NCBI GenBank assembly: GCA_964016885.1
Contig: OZ024740.1
Location: 142,910,001 to 142,974,000, forward strand
Direction of reading: 5' to 3'
DNA: 64,000 bases
Source of the DNA: Eledone cirrhosa
Lineage: Eukaryota
Both the position numbers and the translations under genes were made by a program. Each line of letters opens with the position of its first letter. The first letter of the stretch is position 1. Below the pieces are notes generated by a model. That model ran no database searches and was not told where the DNA came from. It was given only the letters and a program-made list of their open reading frames with translations. This document shows positions 57,355 through 64,000 of the stretch, one piece after another.

Positions 57355-57825
57355 ATAGAATAATTGTTTATAATTTTGGCACAAGGCCAGCAATCAACCA
57401 GTACATTACTGGTACTTTATTTTATTGACCCCGTAAGGATGAAAGGCAAAATTAACCTCGACGGGATTTGAATTCAGACCGTAAAGGGACGTAACTATGC
57501 TACGCCAAAGGGACGTAACTATGCTACTGCCAATTCACATAGAATAATTGTTTCTACTTTTGGCACAAAGCCAGCAATTACCTCAGTATATTACTGGTAC
57601 TTTATTTTATCGACCCCGTAAGGATGAAAGGCAAAGTTAACCTCGACGGGATTTGAATTCAGACCGTAAAGGGACGTAACTATGCTACGCCAAAGGGACG
57701 TAACTATGCTACTGCCAATTCACATAGAATAATTGTTTCTACTTTTGGCACAAAGCCAGCAAATACCCAGTGTATTACTGGTACTTTATTTTATCGACCC
57801 CGTAAGGATGAAAGGCAAAGTTAAT
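57355..57825 (-). mobile_element. Tandem SINE array (~183-bp period, ~2.5 units)
   Basis: Repeated SINE core; both full units share a duplicated aaagggacgtaactatgctac. Confidence 0.8.
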
Positions 57826-57940
57826 AAAAGTCAGGAAAGTGAACATTGGTAGACGTATAGAATAACGAACCGATGTAAGGGACGTAATTTGAAAAAAACT
57901 TTTTTTCGAAATGAGTGTAATGGAAGAACATATTTATATA

Positions 57941-58250
57941 TCATCATCATCATCATCATCATCATCGTTTAACGTCCATCTTCCACGCTTGCATGGGTTT
58001 GGACGGGAGTTTTCCCACTTAAGGCAAGATTGGTTGTCCCGCTCGTATAGGACTGTCTGGCGGGTTTTCTACGCTGGATGCCCTTCCTAACACCAACCAC
58101 GTTTACAGTGTGGACTGGGAGGTTTTTACCGTGTTACCTACACGACCACATTACAGCGTGGACTGTGTGTTTTTTGTCGTGACACCTACACGACCTCATT
58201 TGTTTCGGACTGGATGTTGTGGTACCAACATAACTTCACATTTAAGGGGG
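57941..58250 (-). mobile_element. RTE 3'UTR and tail fragment
   Basis: Reverse complement of 5390-5690; (ATC)n tail. Confidence 0.85.
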
Positions 58251-59070
58251 TAGTCTATAGCATAAGATGTACAGAGGGTACTTGCAGAAACATGACTACA
58301 ACATACATAGGAGAGACAGCTCGTAGCATAGGTGAAAGGATAGACCAACACTGGGGTGGACTAAAAGGACGAAAAAACGGTTCAGTACTATACGAACATG
58401 CCAGACAACAACATGACGGTAACATAGACAACATAGAAATTAGAATAATATCTAAACATAGAAATGACCCAGCAGATAGGCAAATCAGAGAGGCCAGTGA
58501 AATAGAACTTAGAAGGCCAAGGCTAAACAGAAAGAATGAATGGAATAACAACAACACCCAAACAAACAAGACTGACCTAAGAGAAGTATAAATAAATAAA
58601 TAAATAGATAAATAAATACATACACAAGCACAATAACAACAAACACATATAAACACACACTAGTAAAGAGAGAATACATTAACCAATACACAGCCTCCCA
58701 ATCACGAACACACATCAAACAAAACACTATACACACACGCAAACGCATGCGCAAAGAAGACAAAATAAAATAAACAAATAAATAAATATATAAACAGACT
58801 AAATGAAGATGGCGTAGAAAATACAATGCAACTTGAGGAAACAATAGCACCACTGACGATGTTGCAGATGTGCAACGAAAGAACTTTGATAAACTATATA
58901 TATGTGTTTGTGTCTATATTGTATCTGTATTATTTTTTACCTTTGGTCAGTCAATGGCAACATTGAGGACCGAATAAATTAGATTACCGATATAAAAGAC
59001 ACAGAAGCGAAAAGCGAAAACCAACCAAACAGTGAGTGTGTTCTGTTATTAATTCTCGCAATATTACACA
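58247..59070 (+). mobile_element. 5'-truncated PLE: GIY-YIG domain plus 3' region with an HHR-like motif at ~58850-58890
   Basis: GVVYSIRC...C...TYIGET.R...R...H...REA..I...P.LN; CTGACGA t-gttgca gatg tgcaac GAAA gaacttt. Confidence 0.8.
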
Positions 59071-59579
59071 AATATATATATATATATAGTAATAATAGTA
59101 ATAATAATAAATTTGAAGACTAAATTCCAAAGAGGGCTCGATAAGGATAAATATATATCAAATATATAAGAATCGTAGAGCAAATATTTAAAAACCACAG
59201 ACCCTCCATCTCAACTCTACTTTTCGCAGAAGAACTGCGAAACCGGTAAAGGAACCAAATAAATATATATATATTTTTTTAAATAACACTCCAGTTGCAT
59301 TTTCGATTTCATCTTTTTTTCTTTATACTTTCACTCGTGTAAGACACCTCGGTTATTTTTCATTTTGTAAAAAAAACCTCACTTTCTAATATATATATAT
59401 TTAATACATTAACAGAGAAAGCTTTAAGCAATACTCCGACCGACTTCCGTCTCACTCAACAAACATTAGGATATACATTAGTATAATCCCAATTATACGT
59501 TTGGGGTGCTAACTATACGTATTTTGAGGATAGCCAGTTGTATTATTTTATATGAGACATAATTAAATACATCTCTCTT

Positions 59580-59701
59580 TCCAAACGATCGTTTCATTAT
59601 AAGTTTTCTACAAGTTGGGAAAATAATGTCCAGGTTATGTAGAAGCCTACACATAGTCTATAGGAATATATGCAGGTGGGCACGTATAAATCATCAGTGG
59701 A
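59580..59701 (-). ncRNA. Hammerhead ribozyme with a long stem II, in an ORF-less element (~59435-59805)
   Basis: tcca CTGATGA t-ttatacgt...acttataa-t GAAA CGATCG TT tgga. Confidence 0.7.
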
Positions 59702-60264
59702 TGCCCAACAATATCGATATAAAAAAACACCCTACCGATATTAACATTCAGCGATGGTACCCGTCAGTGTTAGAGTGACCGCCAAATTTGAAATTCCAGC
59801 AGTCTCACAAAGAGAAATCTCACACCGTCACCAAGCGGGAAGGGGAGGTCATCACAAAACATAAAAAGATAAAATAATTGTTTCTACTTTTGGCACAAGG
59901 CCAGTTATTACCCAGTACATTACTGGTACTTTATTTTATCGACCCCGTAAGGATGAAAGGCAAAGTTAACCTCGGCGGGATTTGAACTCAGAATGGCAAG
60001 GGCCGTAACTATGCGTCAAAGCATGGCATCCAACCCTCTACCAATACTGCCATAAAATAATATAATAATATAATATGCACGCAAGTCAATTAATTCTGTC
60101 AAGAATTTTAACCATGCGTGAAGAACTCAATTGGATATAAAAAAAATAAATATATGCATGTATTATTTATACATGCATATAGGTATTTTCTCAGGCTAAA
60201 AACATATTTCGTTTCTGAATTTGTTTAGCAAGGTTCTTTATCTGAAAACGTGTGTTGAAACCGA

Positions 60265-60737
60265 TATTGTTATGCTTTGGGAGGGTCATGTTGCCAATAA
60301 GAAACACACGCACTAGTTGCTTTCACTCCAATTTATTATAAATTAAATTTATAAATTTAAGAATTTATAAATTTCCGGTTGGTTGGTTCCACAACCGGAC
60401 GGTTGTTCATATATTGTCAAAGTTCTTTCGCCACACATTCTGTGACCTCTTCAGTGACGGGATTCTTTTCTTTGTTTTTGTGCCTCTCCTTTGCACAAAA
60501 CAAGATGGCGTAGGACAGAACAAAGGAGAGGCACAAAAACAAAGAAAAGAATCCCCAGTCACTTAAGAGGTCACAGAATGTGTGACGAAAGAACTTTGAC
60601 AATATATGAACAACCATCCGGTTGTGGAACCAACCAACCAACCGGAAATTTATAAATTTAATTTATAATAAATTGGAGTGAAAGCAACTGGTGTGTGTGT
60701 TTCTTATTGGCAACATGACCCTCCCAAAGCATAACAT
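60265..60737. repeat. Long fold-back (~225-bp arms) with a minimal hammerhead in each arm (60416-60458 minus; 60558-60600 plus, mutated core CTTAAGA)
   Basis: gtca CTGAAGA g-gtcac agaatgt gtggc GAAA gaac TT tgac; shares aagatggcgtag and gaaagaactttga with the PLE 3' end at 58800-58890. Confidence 0.75.
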
Positions 60738-60939
60738 ATATATATATATATAATTGAATATATATAATTGAATATAAAAGAAAAACGAACACAGATATAT
60801 ACATATATGTGTTCAAATCGTAAGGGACCAAATTCGCTAAGGTGAAAAGAATACTAACTACAGATAATAGGGTTTGCCAGACTCAATTTAAGAATAAATC
60901 AAGAAAATAAATACAAACCGGAATTGTGGTAACTACCAA

Positions 60940-61018
60940 TCACCCAGACAGCTTTGGTCAGCTGTTTCGCAAAATTAATTGTGAAGACGAATACCGATTC
61001 TTGCTCATCAGTGTGTGA
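60940..61018 (-). ncRNA. Canonical type I hammerhead ribozyme with a GUC cleavage triplet
   Basis: tcacaca CTGATGA gcaagaat...attttgc GAAA CAGCT gaccaa AGCTG TC tgggtga. Confidence 0.85.
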
Positions 61019-61259
61019 AGAATTAGTATCCTGGACATTTCTAAGTATATTAAAAAACTGAATAGTGTGCGTATATATAATGGAACGATGGAGGAAGTGA
61101 GAGAGAGGGTGAGTATCAGAGAGTGAGTGAGTGAAAGTGTGAGGAAGAGGCTAGCTGAGAGAGGGCGACTAGCAGAGGGGGTGAATGAAGGTAAGAGGGA
61201 GAATTAGAGAGAAGAGGATAGCAGTAAGGGAAGAGAAAAAGACAGGTCACAGCGAAGGG

Positions 61260-61582
61260 GAAAGTATATAGGAATGAAAAATGGCGCGCTGTGTTGTTGC
61301 ATATGTGATATACAAATTAAAATGAATAATTAGAAATAGAAGCCAGGACTATCCATCATCAGTGGTCTACTACAATAACTTATTTTAGTTATTGTTCGCG
61401 CTAGCCTGAGGTATCTTGTCTTTAATGCGAAGAAATACCCATGGTGGCTAATAGAGCACTGATGATGGATAGTCCTGGCTTCTATTTCTAATTCTTATTT
61501 TTAATTTGTATATCACATTTGCAACAACACAGCACGCCATTTTTCATTCCTATATATATGGCTTTATTATACATATACAAAC

Positions 61583-61652
<70 letters not shown>

Positions 61653-62673
61653 GTTTGTATATGTATAATAAAGCCAAAACAATGCAGGTATGGACATAGA
61701 ATAAAAAATGCAAATGCAAAAGATATTGTTGACAATTAGTCTTTTACCTTAGATTTATTTAAATGTCCTTAATTTTCGAGATAATGTCTCTTCTTCGGAG
61801 GGAAGTAAACTGGTTTAACCGCTTTACTTCCCTCCGAAGAAGAGATATTATCTCGGAAATTAAGGACACTTAAATAAATCTAAGGTAAAAGACTAATTGT
61901 TAACAATATATTTTGCATTTTCATTCTTTACTCTATGTCCATACCTGCATTGTTTTGGCTTTATTATACATATACAAACGTTTATACCTCATTACACAAT
62001 GCTTCAAGTGAACTATAACTTCCTCCATATATATATGAGAAAAATGGAGCGCTGCGTGGTTGCACATAGGTTACATATGAATAACATTAGTCCTTCATGA
62101 GTGATCTTCCAACTTTCATTGGTATTTCATCGCTTTAAAAATCATATACCTATGATTGGTGCGAGCAATAACAAATAAAGTTATTGGGACAAGTAAAATA
62201 GGGTGAAACGAGCGAAACATGTAAACAAACAAAGATGGTATGGCAACGGAAAGATAGGAAGAGACAAGCACATGAAATCTGTAAGCTTAAGCTTGGTAAA
62301 TTCATGGGCGAGAGATACAGACCATCCGAAATGGTGAGATGTGAGCGAGAAAAGGATTTCACACAGGTCAAACGAGAGGAAGTGAGAGAGGGGGAGAAGC
62401 AGAGAGTGGGTGAGTGGAAGTGTGAGGAAGAGACCAGCAGAGAGAGAGAGTGTGACTGGCAGAGGGGGTAAAACGAGGAGAGAGAGTAAGAAAGAAACAG
62501 ACAATCGCAGCTGAGGAAAAAATATAAATATGAGAAAAATGGAGCGCTGCGTGGTTGCACATGGGTTACATATGAATAAAATACATGTCCCAATAACTTT
62601 ATTTGTTATTGCTCGCACCAACCAGAGGTATATGATTTTTAAAGCGATGAAATACCAATGAAAGTTGGAAGAT

Positions 62674-62675
<2 letters not shown>
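61260..62675. repeat. Cluster of adjacent fold-back pseudo-LTR-like fragments
   Basis: Inverted pairs ~61265-61362 / 61458-61555, 61560-61590 / 61645-61675, 61645-61812 / 61818-61985, 62101-62191 / 62587-62675. Confidence 0.75.
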
Positions 62676-62740
<65 letters not shown>

Positions 62741-62745
62741 TAAAA

Positions 62746-63638
62746 TCTATATATATAAAACTGTGGTTGTCTGTCTGTCTATCGATTTTTGGCACACTTC
62801 TCCTCTTAGAATCTCTCACGGAATTGCACCGAAATTGCTATACTTGTACATTGAGCCCTAGCGAAGACATCGGAAAAAAAAAATGTCAAATTGACCCACC
62901 CTATGTGACGAAATCGAATATAATATATCGATTTTTGAGCGTAAGTGATCAGTTATTTCCCTTTGTTCTGTTTACATTGAGCGTCTGCGTGCAAAAATTA
63001 AAAAAATTACGTTGGCTTTCTCAGCGTTTAAAATGACATTAACACAATACACGATTTAAAGACTACGTAAAACAAGCCTTTTAAAACAATATTTTTACTT
63101 GAAAACAAGTCTATTTAAAAACTACTTAAAACAAGCAAATATTTCGTAAAAAAAAGCAAAAATTATATAAGTTTAGATAAAATATATGTATCTGTAAATT
63201 TCGTTAGGCGTGCAGACAGACAGTCGTGCAGAGAGGTGATATAGGCGTGCAGACAGATAGTCGTGCAGAGAGGTGATATAGGCGTGCAGACAGACAGTCG
63301 TGCAGAGAGGTGATATAGGCGTGCAGACAGACATAACTGATAATTTGGTTACGCTAATGTTTTTCTCTGCGTTGCAGTGTTTACATTTTCGATCTTTGTT
63401 AATAAATAACCAGTGCAGTTTCTATCCCCAGCATCTTCTTTTGTTATAACATTCGGGTTATCGTTATGTTTTCTTAACTTCATAAGGCATATTGTTGGTT
63501 GAGGGAATATTAATCAAAAACACCACATGCAAGTCTGCACAGTAGACACTACAGTTTTTAAGCCAAGAAAGAAACTTAACATTGTAACTTTTACACAGCT
63601 ACTGAGCGACCCCGAGCAACGCCGGGCTTTACTGCTAG
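62746..63638 (+). mobile_element. Non-autonomous Helitron (893 bp)
   Basis: A|TCTATATATATAAAA ... cccgagcaacgccggg-ctttactg-CTAG|T; 37-bp minisatellite at ~63205-63333. Confidence 0.85.
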
Positions 63639-64000
63639 TATATGATAAACACAAAACGTGTTTGCATTGCAACAGACAAAGTTAGCTATTAATGAAATAA
63701 ACTAATTAAAGTGAATACAATTTGTCTGTATCGATATAAGTCAATAAAAACAAGCTTATATTGGCAACGGCCATGATTCCTGGACAGATTTAAATTTCAA
63801 AATCCAAACCTGTTCCGTAGACGAATTTGAACCTCGAAACCTAAATCCGTTTCGCAACGGTGGTATGTGAATTGAAAAATAAAGAGAATCGAAATGGAAT
63901 TGAAATAAAAAGTGAAATAACCAAATCTTCTGTGCTTATCAACAGGAATCCAGTAAAATTAGTACATCTCACATCAAAAATTTTGCAGGTCTGACTACAC

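Noticed and set aside
59222-59256. gcag..ctgc GAAA CCGG TA aagg
   Set aside because: Only the 3' half of a hammerhead; the CTGAnGA strand is absent, so it is not called.
61340-61480. CTGATGA motifs in the inverted arms as hammerheads
   Set aside because: No correctly placed GAAA or closing stems; a type II arrangement fails at stem II.

Overview
This is AT-rich animal DNA; the SINE and RTE types and the (TA)n/(CATA)n content suggest a cephalopod such as octopus (inference). It is mostly nested retroelements sitting in microsatellites. I found one intact host gene: a 3-exon, 128-aa MRPL41 on the minus strand (46628-43390), which the ORF track misses. Mobile elements: two Gypsy LTR elements (one with both LTRs, a tRNA-Trp PBS and a Helitron inside), several RTE LINEs carrying a PHD finger just downstream of the RT active site, at least five Penelope-like elements (PLEs; RT and/or GIY-YIG, one with an uninterrupted 753-aa ORF), an A-B-A-B array of R4/Dong-like elements in (CATA)n, CRE-like relics, tRNA-derived SINEs and two non-autonomous Helitrons. 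The most striking hidden layer is about 15-20 hammerhead-ribozyme (HHR) motifs from at least 6 sequence families, several showing compensatory base changes. Some sit in PLE pseudo-LTRs; others sit in ORF-less tandem (467 and 491 bp) or fold-back units inserted into (TA)n, resembling retrozymes or non-autonomous PLEs. All calls were made by eye, and element boundaries are approximate unless exact termini are quoted.
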